DNA from: an uncultured Bacilli bacterium
Lineage (GTDB): Bacteria; Bacillota_I; Bacilli_A; RF39; UBA660
Length of the DNA: 64,000 nt
Assembly: GCA_947630575.1 (NCBI GenBank)
Contig: CANRIB010000001.1
Span: forward strand, 6,085 to 70,084
Reading direction: 5' to 3'
Shown here: in pieces, positions 29,080 to 38,416 of the stretch
How the letters are laid out: each line of letters opens with the position of its first letter
How positions within the stretch are numbered: the stretch's first letter is position 1
Made by a program: the position numbers and the translations under genes
Notes under the pieces: model-generated
Database searches by the model: none
Told to the model about the DNA's origin: nothing
Seen by the model: the letters and a program-made list of their open reading frames with translations, nothing else

Positions 29080-31785
29080 TTATTTTTTCCTTTTTAATTC
29101 TACTCCTTTTTCTTCTTTCTCTATTAATTCCTCTAAACTAATATGGAAATTATGGGAAATACTTTCGATAAGTGCTTCTATTTGTTTATTAGTATCACTT
29201 TTACTTTTGTATTTAGTTAAACTACTAGTTAAACTATCAAAAGTACTGGTATTTAAAATTTTAAATAAACCATCTAAACTGTATCTATTACTTATAAAAG
29301 TAGTAAATTCCTCGATAATATATTTTTCTAAATCTTTATTAAAATTAAATTTTGTTATATTTTTTTTGATAATATCTTCATCATCTGTAATAGTAATTAT
29401 CCATCCTTTTGATGCTTTAACTTTCATTTCTTCTTTAACCCATTTGCCTTTAATATATTTTTTTATAATAAATTCAAGATAACCATTTTCATTTTTAAAA
29501 ATAAATAAACATTCTTTATAATTACCAAAACAAGCTTTTAGGCCAAGACTATTTTGTTCAAATTCTTCAAATATTGTATCTTCATAAAGTAAATCGGGGA
29601 GATATTTTTTATTTTCACTAATTTTTAGTCTACCATCAAAAATGAAACCAAAATTACCATTTGATGATTGAAAGGCATAAATAGAAGAATCTATTTCTTT
29701 TCCTTCATAAATAGCTCTATTATAATTCCAAATATGGCGATAATTATATTTAGAAGAGCCCACTATCCATTCTTCAAAACATCTATGATAAACTATTTTA
29801 TTGCGATATATTAAATATTTTTGTAAATCAAAATCGTTGGTTAAATTATCAATTATTTCATTATGATGACCATAATATAAAGAAATTGAAATATTGGGAC
29901 TATCACATATTTTAGTATAGTTTTCTTCGATACATAAACAATAATTACCATATTTAGTTGTTATATCAATATAGCTTCTATTTAAAAGATGATTAAAACT
30001 ATAAAAATTATCATAATATCGTTCTATATACATATTTCTATCAGGAATAAATTTTAAAATTCCATAAGCCGGAAAATCTCCCCATTTATTTTGGATGAAA
30101 GCTCTTTTATTATGAGTAACTGTTTCTTTTGTTGTTGTATTATAATAAGTTATTATATTTCCATCATTTTTATTTATTACAAAATCATTATTAAATGGTA
30201 TTTTGATATTATCTATTATAAAACATCTTTTTAATGTGGCTTCAAATAAATATGTACCTTTGTTTAATTTTTTAAAAGAATGGGGAAAAACTATATTTTT
30301 ATCTCTAGATAAATTCAATATTTTATTAATTATTAAATTTTCTTCTTTAGTTAAAAATTTAGATGAGCTTGGTAAGTTAATAATTTCTTTTAATCCTTCA
30401 GGTAAATAATAATAATCTTTATCAGGGTAAATATCTTTTTGTAATATTTCATAAAGTCTAGCATCATACTGGTAATTTAAAGCTAACATTATACGATAAA
30501 TAGTTTCTAAGGGTAGTTCTTCTTCAAAATAAAAAGAATGTAATTCACGAATAATATCTAAATTATAATATTTTGTATAATTTATTTTAAAGTTTTTTAG
30601 AAAATTAATTAAGGCTTGTTTACTGTTCATGGTAAGGCATAAATTAAAGAGATATTTACTTTTTAAGATAGCTTTTGTATCTATTATATCTGGGCTACTT
30701 TTTAAAATATTTAATATGACATCTATTTCGGATGATTTATTTAATTCGCCATTTCCTTTTACTAAATCTTCTATTTTTTTGTTTATAATATTACTATAGC
30801 AAAGAAACTCAAAATCATTAGTTTTTTTATTTATAATTACTTCACTGATACCATTTAGACTTAAAATTAAGACATTAAACTTTATTTGATAAAAATCTTT
30901 TAAGTCTTCTTTTGAGATTAAGTCTTTACCATATTCATAAAATAACCAATATTTTATTTCTAAAGGTTCTATTAGTTTCATTAATGTATCTTTATTATTG
31001 AAACTAAATTCTAAAGTACAAATATTATCTAACCTTTTTTTTAAACTTTGTCCTTCTTCTTTATGTTTATATACCCATTCTTCTAATTCTTTTTCAATGA
31101 TAGCTAGATCCATTAAATTATTACTTAAGGCTATATTTTTATTTAATATTATTTTAGCATATTCTATAAGTTTATCTTTTTTAATTTCAATTATTTTTTC
31201 TTTTTTATTTTCTTCATTTTCTTCTAGTTTGTAAGAGTATTTATCTAGATAACTACTAGTTTCTAAAATTAAAGCTTTTTCTTTTACTAAGTAGGTAATT
31301 AAAATATTACTTAAGTTATTTATTTCATTTTTTAAAGTCGCTTTTTTATTTTTGCTAATAAATTTATGACTTAAAAGTATTTCTTGAAGGGCAATTAAAT
31401 TGGCTGTTACTTTAAATGACTCGTTTTTAATAGTTTTTAAATACAAAATTAGTTTGCGAGTTTTTATTAAGTAATTTATTTTATCTTCAAGACTTATTTT
31501 TTCTATTTTATCATCATAATTTAAAATATTATTTAAAATTATATCTAAATACATCAGCATATTATTAATTAATTCTTTGTTATTAATATCTAAACTGGTA
31601 ATAAATCTTTTACTATTTATTTTAACGAGATATTCTTTTTTTACTTTATCAATTAAATTTAACATATCAGGATTGTTTATATAATTTTCGCGAGTGGGAA
31701 GAGGGAACAAACTATTTAAGGGAATTATATCAATATTATTATTTGAGTTCTTAATTAGTTTTTTTAATAAAGCGATAATATTCAT
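29080..31785 (-). CDS. Large hypothetical protein (901 aa), orphan
   Basis: Uninterrupted 2.7-kb ORF. Very Lys/Asn/Ile-rich with no motif I recognise. No YxDD or NTPase motifs seen. Confidence 0.7.
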   Translation of the reverse strand: MNIIALLKKLIKNSNNNIDIIPLNSLFPLPTRENYINNPDMLNLIDKVKKEYLVKINSKRFITSLDINNKELINNMLMYLDIILNNILNYDDKIEKISLEDKINYLIKTRKLILYLKTIKNESFKVTANLIALQEILLSHKFISKNKKATLKNEINNLSNILITYLVKEKALILETSSYLDKYSYKLEENEENKKEKIIEIKKDKLIEYAKIILNKNIALSNNLMDLAIIEKELEEWVYKHKEEGQSLKKRLDNICTLEFSFNNKDTLMKLIEPLEIKYWLFYEYGKDLISKEDLKDFYQIKFNVLILSLNGISEVIINKKTNDFEFLCYSNIINKKIEDLVKGNGELNKSSEIDVILNILKSSPDIIDTKAILKSKYLFNLCLTMNSKQALINFLKNFKINYTKYYNLDIIRELHSFYFEEELPLETIYRIMLALNYQYDARLYEILQKDIYPDKDYYYLPEGLKEIINLPSSSKFLTKEENLIINKILNLSRDKNIVFPHSFKKLNKGTYLFEATLKRCFIIDNIKIPFNNDFVINKNDGNIITYYNTTTKETVTHNKRAFIQNKWGDFPAYGILKFIPDRNMYIERYYDNFYSFNHLLNRSYIDITTKYGNYCLCIEENYTKICDSPNISISLYYGHHNEIIDNLTNDFDLQKYLIYRNKIVYHRCFEEWIVGSSKYNYRHIWNYNRAIYEGKEIDSSIYAFQSSNGNFGFIFDGRLKISENKKYLPDLLYEDTIFEEFEQNSLGLKACFGNYKECLFIFKNENGYLEFIIKKYIKGKWVKEEMKVKASKGWIITITDDEDIIKKNITKFNFNKDLEKYIIEEFTTFISNRYSLDGLFKILNTSTFDSLTSSLTKYKSKSDTNKQIEALIESISHNFHISLEELIEKEEKGVELKRKK

Positions 31786-31958
31786 AACATTACTCCTAGA
31801 GATTTATATTATAAAGCTTTATTATTTTATTTGCAAGTAAATAAAAATTAGAACATTAGTGATAAGGTAAAAAAGTAGAGGTGATAATTCTAAAAAGAAA
31901 TAATCCTATATCTTTATAAAGCTTAGGTTTTTACATCTATAAGCGCCGTTGTTTTATC

Positions 31959-31987
31959 TTGAGGAAAGTATAAAAATTTGATATAAT
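31959..31987 (+). promoter_or_regulatory. Promoter of TA-like module 3
   Basis: TTGAGG, 17 nt, TATAAT (TGATATAAT). Repeat of 28692-28720. Confidence 0.45.
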
Positions 31988-32046
31988 TGAAATAGGGAAT
32001 ATCAGTTGTTGAGTGTCTACCAAATCTCTAAATAGAGAGGAGGTTT

Positions 32047-32145
32047 GAAGAAAAGAAAAATAGAACTTTTTATTATAAAAGTTCTAAATTCATTACTATC
32101 ATTTTATTTCTCCTAATCAATTTGATAGTAGTAATAAAAAAATGA
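32047..32145 (+). pseudogene. Type I toxin-like ORF copy lacking a canonical in-frame start
   Basis: The frame ending in ...KFITIILFLLINLIVVIKK-stop is homologous to 28787-28879. Indels relative to that copy remove the GTG start. Confidence 0.3.
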
Positions 32146-32253
32146 TACTCATTCGCTAGAATAAGTGCCTAAACAATTTATTTTGGGTAGACATTCAACT
32201 ATGCAAAACTGAATGTTCCCTTTTTATTTTATGCAAGTTTCCTTGACATATTC

Positions 32254-32282
32254 ATAATATCATAAAAACAACTTTTTTTCAA
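32254..32282 (-). promoter_or_regulatory. Convergent (antisense) promoter of TA-like module 3
   Basis: Minus strand TTGAAA, 17 nt, TATTAT. Confidence 0.45.
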
Positions 32283-32344
32283 GTGGGCTTATTACTTTAA
32301 TAAAAGCTAATACTTTTCTGTTATTTATATTAAGAGGTAAAATT

Positions 32345-32363
32345 AAAAAAGCCTAAAAGGCTT
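32345..32363 (-). terminator. Terminator downstream of tRNA-Thr
   Basis: AAGCCT-AAA-AGGCTT hairpin, followed on the minus strand by a T-run. Confidence 0.55.
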
Positions 32364-32373
32364 AATAACTAAA

Positions 32374-32447
32374 TGGTGCTGAATGACTGAATTGAACAGT
32401 CCTTTGAAGCTTACCATGCTTCCGTTCTACCACTAAACTAAATCAGC
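32374..32447 (-). tRNA. tRNA-Thr (anticodon GGU), CCA encoded
   Basis: Hand-folded cloverleaf. Acceptor stem GCTGATT/ATTCAGC has one T-T mismatch. D arm GTTT/GAAC. Anticodon stem GAAGC/GCTTC with loop ATGGTAA. T arm GACTG-TTCAATT-CAGTC. 3' end ACCA. Confidence 0.75.
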
Positions 32448-32515
32448 ATAATAAAATTATAGCAATAAAGTAGCGATAAATCAATAATTATGTTATAATT
32501 TTGTTTGGAAGTTAG

Positions 32516-33235
32516 GTGGATATTATGAACGTACCAAATCATGTGGCTATAATAATGGATGGCAATGGAAGATGGGCAACTAAAAGAGGGTTAGAGAGAA
32601 GTGCAGGGCATTTAGAGGGTAGTAAAACTTTAGAGAAGTTAGCTATTCATGCGATGGATATGGGAGTTAAAGTTTTAAGTGTCTATGCTTTTTCAACAGA
32701 TAATTTTAAGAGAAGTAAAGAAGAAGTAGATTATTTAATGAATTTAATTATTAAATATTTTAATACTAAATTTGATAAATTAGTTAAAAAAGGAATTAAA
32801 GTAATAGTTTCAGGAAGAAAAGAACCTTTAAGAGAAGATGTGTTAAAGGCTATTAAAAATATAGAAGAGAAAACTAAAGATAATGATAAAGCAATACTTA
32901 ATATATGTCTTAATTATGGGGGACAAGAAGAAATTATTGATGGAGCTATAAAACTTGCTCAAGATATTAATCAGGGTTTAGATATTAGTACTTTTAAAAG
33001 AGAAGACTTTTATAAATATTTGTATCATGATCTTCCACCTATAGATTTGCTTATTAGAACAGGGGGAGAAATCAGAGTTAGCAATTTTATGTTATATCAA
33101 ATGAGTTATAGTGAGTTTTATTTTACAAATACTTATTTTCCTGATTTTGATAAATCTGAATTTAATAAAGCAATATTTATGTATGAAAATAGGGATAGAA
33201 GATTTGGCGGTATAAATGATAAGAAAAGTAGTTAG
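32516..33235 (+). CDS. uppS: Undecaprenyl-diphosphate synthase (likely start ATG 32525)
   Basis: HVAIIMDGNGRWA ... RTGGE.R.SNF motifs. Confidence 0.95.
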   Translation: MDIMNVPNHVAIIMDGNGRWATKRGLERSAGHLEGSKTLEKLAIHAMDMGVKVLSVYAFSTDNFKRSKEEVDYLMNLIIKYFNTKFDKLVKKGIKVIVSGRKEPLREDVLKAIKNIEEKTKDNDKAILNICLNYGGQEEIIDGAIKLAQDINQGLDISTFKREDFYKYLYHDLPPIDLLIRTGGEIRVSNFMLYQMSYSEFYFTNTYFPDFDKSEFNKAIFMYENRDRRFGGINDKKSS

Positions 33236-33671
33236 TTTTTTTGATAGACATAGATTTATTTTATCTTTATTTATTATGTTAATAGTAAGTATGATATTTA
33301 TAATGGTAAGCTTGTTTATGTTTTTTAAACATGATTTTGAGGCATTTAAATGTTCTAAAGATATAGATAAAGAAGTATGTATATATAAAAATAAAGAAAT
33401 ATATAGTAATCCAGATAAAAGTATAAATAAAGTATTTAAAGAATATGAGGGAGAAATTAAAGAGTTAGTTAAAGAATATAATTTACCAGAGTTTGATTTT
33501 TATACAGCGTATTATTATGAATTAGCATCAAATTTTGATTATCAAAAAAATAAAAGAAATGAAACTTTAAATAAATATTTTAAGATATATTCTAATACTT
33601 ATAATTTAGAAAAATTTTATAAAAAAAATAATTTATTTTTTAGAATTTTTTATCCTTATAAAATTATTTAA
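33216..33671 (+). CDS. Hypothetical membrane protein
   Basis: ORF with one N-terminal TM segment. No motifs. Confidence 0.45.
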   Translation: MIRKVVSFFDRHRFILSLFIMLIVSMIFIMVSLFMFFKHDFEAFKCSKDIDKEVCIYKNKEIYSNPDKSINKVFKEYEGEIKELVKEYNLPEFDFYTAYYYELASNFDYQKNKRNETLNKYFKIYSNTYNLEKFYKKNNLFFRIFYPYKII

Positions 33672-33732
33672 AAAACTTTTACTTTTTAGTAAATTGTAGT
33701 ATAATACATATAGTTTTGATGGAGGAATATTT

Positions 33733-36099
33733 ATGAAATTTAAAATAACACCTAAAGATTTTTTGATTTTTTGTTTGTATTGTGTTTTATTATTGTATTT
33801 ATGTGCAATAGCAGTGCTTAATTTTTCTTCTTTTTTGAATGATGGAAAGTTTTATGGATTGTTACCATTTAAAGCTTTTACAGGAGATTATATTGTTTTA
33901 ACTTTGTTTATGTTTTTTATTTCTTTAGTTATTATTTTTACAAGTGTTTCTTCATATGTGTTTAATAGAGAAAAGGGGAAAGGATTAGGTATAAAATTAG
34001 GGGAAAAAACAGAAAGTGGTTATGCTAGATGGAGTACAGAAAAAGAAATTAAAACTGATGTAGGAATGGCAAAAGTTGATCCTAAAGCAGAAACTGTTAA
34101 TGCAGCGGGTATTCCTTTAATTAATAATGGAAAAGAAATTTGGGTTGATAATGGAGAATATCATAATTTAGTTATAGGTTCTACGGGTTCAGGTAAAACT
34201 CAGACTGTTGTTAAGCCAATGGTTAATTTACTTGCTAAAAAGGGTGAATCAATGATTATTACAGACCCTAAAGGTGAAATATATAAATATGCGGCAACCG
34301 CGTTAAAAGAAAGAGGATATAAAATTATTGTGCTTAATTTTAGAGAGCCTAATCATGGAAATGCTTGGAATCCTCTTACCCTTCCTTATCGTTATTTTAA
34401 AGAAGGAAATACAGATAAATCAACAGAGTTATTAGATGACGTAGCTTTAAATATTTTATATGATCAATCTAAAAAAGGGGGAGATTCAGAGTTTTGGGAG
34501 AAGAGTGCAGCAGATTATTTTTCAGGTTTAGCTTTAGGTTTATTTTATGATGCAAAAGAAAAAGAAGTTAATTTAAATAGTATTAATTATATGAGTACGA
34601 TTGGAGAAGAAAGATATGCAACTTCAACATATATTAAAGAATATTTTAATATGAAAGGACAAGATTCTAGTCCATATATATTTGCATCAAATACAATTAA
34701 TGCACCAAATGAAACTAGAGGAGGTATTTTATCTACTTTTAGACAAAAGATTAGACTTTTTTCTTCACGAGAAAGTTTAAGTGAAATGCTTGCCTATAGT
34801 GATTTTGATATGGCAAGTATAGGTAAAGAAAAAACAGCAGTATTTATGATTATTCATGATGAAAAGAAAACTTATCATGCTTTAATGACAATATTTATTA
34901 AACAATGTTATGAAACATTGATAGATGTGGCTCAAGAAAATGGAGGGAAACTTCCTTTTAGAACTAATTTTATCTTAGATGAGTTTGCTAATATGCCCCC
35001 ACTTAAAGATGTTGATTCAATGGTAAGTGCAGCGCGTTCAAGAGATATTAGATTTACTTTTATTATTCAAAACTTTGCCCAGTTAAATGATGTTTATGGA
35101 AAAGAAGTAGGAGAAATTATAAAAGGTAACTGTGGTAATTTAGTTTATTTGATATCTACAGAACTTGCAGCATTAGAAGAGATTTCAAAAATGTGTGGGG
35201 AAGTTAAATCTAAAGAAAAAGATAAGACAGTTTCAACACCTTTAGTAACTGTATCAGATTTACAGAAATTAAAATTATTTGAAGCAATTATTATTCGTTT
35301 GAGAAAAAATCCTTTTAGAACAAAGTTAAAACCAGATTTTGAAATGAATTGGGGGATGAATAGAGAAGAAGCTCCATATCCAGAAAGAGAAATTAAGAAA
35401 ATTGAATTATTTGATGTTAAAAATTATGTAACTGAAGAACGTCGTAAACAAATGATGAATAATTTAGAAAATAAAGATATGGATAATCCTTTTGCTAATC
35501 CATTTACTAATCCGTTTGGGCCAAGTAGTTCTTCAACATCATTTGGGGGAATGGGAAGTGTATCACCAATTGGTTCTAATCCTTTTAGTGGTGCTCCAAG
35601 TTCTATTCCAAATTCGGGAGCTTCACCATTTAGTCATAATCCAATGTTTGATAAGCCAATGAGTAGTTTATCAGATGCCGATATAGATGCAATGATGAAA
35701 GATATTGATAGAAGACTTAAAGAACTTGATGAAGAAGAAGCTAGAGAAAATGCTAAATTGGAAGAAAAGAAAAATAATTCCGATAATTTAGTAACTAATC
35801 CATTACAAAGTAGGGAAGAAAATAAAGAGGATACTTTAGAACAAAAATTTATTACAGAGAATCCTATTAAAGAACAACCAATTAATGAAGATAAAAAAAT
35901 AGAAGAAGTTAATGATAGTTCTTTGAAGCAAGAAGTTAAACCAAGTATTTTAGAACAAGATAATAAAATAGATACTCAACCTATAAACCAAGAAGGAAAT
36001 CAAGATAAACCAAAAATAAATGTGGATGCTGATAGTATCATTGTTAATGAAAATGTAGTTACTGATGATGAGTTCTTTGATGATTTCTTTAATGAATAA
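33733..36099 (+). CDS. VirD4/TraG-family type IV coupling protein-like ATPase with low-complexity C-terminal tail
   Basis: Two N-terminal TM helices, Walker A GSTGSGKT, TDPKGE, and Walker B FILDEFANMP. C-terminal NPF/Ser/Pro-rich and acidic tail. Confidence 0.8.
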   Translation: MKFKITPKDFLIFCLYCVLLLYLCAIAVLNFSSFLNDGKFYGLLPFKAFTGDYIVLTLFMFFISLVIIFTSVSSYVFNREKGKGLGIKLGEKTESGYARWSTEKEIKTDVGMAKVDPKAETVNAAGIPLINNGKEIWVDNGEYHNLVIGSTGSGKTQTVVKPMVNLLAKKGESMIITDPKGEIYKYAATALKERGYKIIVLNFREPNHGNAWNPLTLPYRYFKEGNTDKSTELLDDVALNILYDQSKKGGDSEFWEKSAADYFSGLALGLFYDAKEKEVNLNSINYMSTIGEERYATSTYIKEYFNMKGQDSSPYIFASNTINAPNETRGGILSTFRQKIRLFSSRESLSEMLAYSDFDMASIGKEKTAVFMIIHDEKKTYHALMTIFIKQCYETLIDVAQENGGKLPFRTNFILDEFANMPPLKDVDSMVSAARSRDIRFTFIIQNFAQLNDVYGKEVGEIIKGNCGNLVYLISTELAALEEISKMCGEVKSKEKDKTVSTPLVTVSDLQKLKLFEAIIIRLRKNPFRTKLKPDFEMNWGMNREEAPYPEREIKKIELFDVKNYVTEERRKQMMNNLENKDMDNPFANPFTNPFGPSSSSTSFGGMGSVSPIGSNPFSGAPSSIPNSGASPFSHNPMFDKPMSSLSDADIDAMMKDIDRRLKELDEEEARENAKLEEKKNNSDNLVTNPLQSREENKEDTLEQKFITENPIKEQPINEDKKIEEVNDSSLKQEVKPSILEQDNKIDTQPINQEGNQDKPKINVDADSIIVNENVVTDDEFFDDFFNE

Positions 36100-36166
36100 A
36101 AGCAAGAAAAATCTTGCTTTTTTAGATGGTTAAATATAGATTGTCGAATTTTGTCGAACGGTTTTT

Positions 36167-36195
36167 TTGACAAATTGTTGTTTTAGCTTTAGAAT
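36167..36195 (+). promoter_or_regulatory. Promoter of the end-paired small-ORF element
   Basis: TTGACA, 17 nt, TAGAAT. Confidence 0.5.
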
Positions 36196-36200
36196 ATTAT

Positions 36201-36429
36201 TAGAACATTTAAGGCGAAGTGCCTACTTTATATTTCCTTTCCATTTACCTTTACTGAGGATTCAGGGGGTTATGATAAAGGAGGTATTAGAGTTATGATA
36301 AAAGTAATTTTACCATTGATTTGTTTTTTTAAAACAAAAAAGACACTTCTCTTAATTAAGTTTAGGCTTAATATTAAGATAGGTGCCAAAAAACAATAGT
36401 TTGTAGGCATTTAGTCCTTAAATGTTCTA
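36201..36429 (+). other. 229-nt element whose two ends are complementary (14 bp + 7 bp); it encloses a small ORF
   Basis: TAGAACATTTAAGG....TGCCTAC at 36201-36226 is the reverse complement of GTAGGCA....CCTTAAATGTTCTA at 36403-36429. Confidence 0.5.
36295..36399 (+). CDS. Small basic/hydrophobic peptide (34 aa), possible toxin-like or membrane peptide
   Basis: ATG 7 nt after AAAGGAGGT. Peptide MIKVILPLICFFKTKKTLLLIKFRLNIKIGAKKQ. Confidence 0.35.
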   Translation: MIKVILPLICFFKTKKTLLLIKFRLNIKIGAKKQ

Positions 36430-36491
36430 CAATTTAATTGTAACATAATTTATTATATAAAACAATATTTTTTTAAAGAGAGGCTTTTGTT

Positions 36492-36794
36492 ATGAAGCTT
36501 TTTTTAGTGTATTCATATTATGGAATAGTGATATATATGAAAAGATTAGATATAAAAAATTATAATAAAAGTATGGGAACTTTAATTGATATTCAACATC
36601 CCCTTGATTATAAAGAATATCATCATCCCGACAGTGTCAATATACCTTATGAAACTTTATTACTTAATTATAAGAAATTATTAGATAAAAATAAAAGTTA
36701 TTTTATTATTTGTAATAAAGGAACTAAATCAAGAAAGGCTGTAGCTATTTTAGAATATTATGGGTATGATGTTACTCAAATGAGTTATGAGTAA
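36492..36794 (+). CDS. Rhodanese-like domain protein (likely start ATG 36537)
   Basis: Single rhodanese-like fold pattern with active-site-like CNKGTKS. Confidence 0.65.
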   Translation: MKLFLVYSYYGIVIYMKRLDIKNYNKSMGTLIDIQHPLDYKEYHHPDSVNIPYETLLLNYKKLLDKNKSYFIICNKGTKSRKAVAILEYYGYDVTQMSYE

Positions 36795-36975
36795 AAAAAT
36801 ACGCAAAAAAGAAGTAAAAAATAATTGATTTTTTGTAAATATTATTGTAATATAAAAATATAACATATAGTATTGCAATAAATATTGCAATAGAAGTTTT
36901 GACAAGTTTTGTCGAAGATAATGAAAGACTTTAAAAAAAGTTGTATTATGTTAAAAGGGTAAAGGAAAAGGATAT

Positions 36976-38415
36976 ATGAAAAGGATAATTTTAGTAATAG
37001 TAGGAATACTAGGTGTTTTTGGTGTAGTTTTATTGTTTGGAAGAGAAGAGAATAAAAGTGTTTATTTGACAAATAAAGAATTAAAAGAAAATAATTATAT
37101 AGCGGTTATGATAGAACAAGAAGATGGAAATTATCAGGAACAAGATAATATACCACAAACTGGGTATGCACTAAATGAAAGCAAAAGTACATGTAGTAAT
37201 GGAGCAAAACCAACATGGGTAGATAATAGATTAAAATTAAGTAATTTAACAAGTGACAATACAAGTTGTTTTTTGTATTTTGATAAAGGATTAGCAACAA
37301 AATTGGTTGATAGTTTAGGACTGACGACAAAAAAAGGACAAGATGGATTTACAGACATGGATACAGAAGAACATACAGATGAAAATGAGAAATCAATATT
37401 ATATAGTGATGAAGATGATTTAGGAACAACATATTATTTTAGAGGAAAAGTAAAAGACAATTGGGTAAAATTTGGCAAAGAAAATGGTCAAGATATATGG
37501 TGGAGAATCATTCGAATCAATGGCAATGGTTCAATAAGAATGATATATACAGGAACGGGAACAACTGCACCAACAACAGATGGATATTTAAATAATAATA
37601 CAACAAAAAGTCAGTTAAATAGTGGAAGTACAACAACTTTTAAATATAATGAATACTATAATGATAATAAATATGTAGGATATATGTATGGGACTCAGAA
37701 AACAGGTAGTGCTGGTAGTGAAACTACACCAACGACTAGTTATGCCCAAGCTCATGCAAATAATTATGATAGTGATATAAAAAAACAACTAGATACTTGG
37801 TATAGTACTAATTTAAAAAATGAATATGGACAATATATAGACCCAGATGCAGGATTTTGTAATGATAGAAAAACAGCAACAATGAGTAGAAGTGGGTATG
37901 GAACATTAGGATATGGAAAAAATGCAACGGCATATGCAGCAGGAGATAGATTACTAGATACAAGTTGGAATGCTAATACAAAACATACACCAACATTCAA
38001 GTGTAGTCAAACAGAAGATACATTCACACTTCCAGGAGCAAAAAAACCAGATGGAAGTTATTATGGAAATCATAAATTAAGAGCTAATAATGGGTCAGGT
38101 GATAATAGTCCAATAGGATTGATAACAATAGATGAGGCTGTATTTGCTGGAGGGTATTATTATAGATCAAGTAATCAATCTGACAATAAACAATTTTACT
38201 TATATACAGGCCAGAATTATTGGATAATGTCTCCGTCTTACTTTGACGGCAGCAATGCTAGCGTGTTCTATGTGAGTTACGATGGCCACCTCGGCGGCTA
38301 CAACTACGTGTGCAGCACGAATGGTGTGCGCCCAGTAATAAATCTGAAGGCTGATACAAAATTATCAGGAGATGGAACACACACTAATCCATATGTAGTA
38401 GAAGGAGCTAATTAA
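36976..38415 (+). CDS. Membrane-anchored surface protein, paralog T3, with C-terminal variable tail
   Basis: N-terminal TM segment, the shared central block (YYFRGKVKDNWVKFGKENGQDIWWRIIRINGNGSIRMIYTG), and C-terminal YWIMSP-[variable]-GVRPVINLKAD. Confidence 0.9.
   Translation: MKRIILVIVGILGVFGVVLLFGREENKSVYLTNKELKENNYIAVMIEQEDGNYQEQDNIPQTGYALNESKSTCSNGAKPTWVDNRLKLSNLTSDNTSCFLYFDKGLATKLVDSLGLTTKKGQDGFTDMDTEEHTDENEKSILYSDEDDLGTTYYFRGKVKDNWVKFGKENGQDIWWRIIRINGNGSIRMIYTGTGTTAPTTDGYLNNNTTKSQLNSGSTTTFKYNEYYNDNKYVGYMYGTQKTGSAGSETTPTTSYAQAHANNYDSDIKKQLDTWYSTNLKNEYGQYIDPDAGFCNDRKTATMSRSGYGTLGYGKNATAYAAGDRLLDTSWNANTKHTPTFKCSQTEDTFTLPGAKKPDGSYYGNHKLRANNGSGDNSPIGLITIDEAVFAGGYYYRSSNQSDNKQFYLYTGQNYWIMSPSYFDGSNASVFYVSYDGHLGGYNYVCSTNGVRPVINLKADTKLSGDGTHTNPYVVEGAN
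38227..38334 (+). other. Variable region VR3 (DGR-like)
   Basis: ATGTCTCCG ... GGTGTGCGCCCA. Encodes SYFDGSNASVFYVSYDGHLGGYNYVCSTN. Best local match is cassette D. Confidence 0.7.
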
Positions 38416-38416
38416 T

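Noticed and set aside
29080-31785. Whether the 901-aa orphan could be the missing reverse transcriptase or another nucleic-acid enzyme.
   Set aside because: I found no YxDD-type box, Walker motifs or other catalytic signatures by eye. It stays hypothetical.
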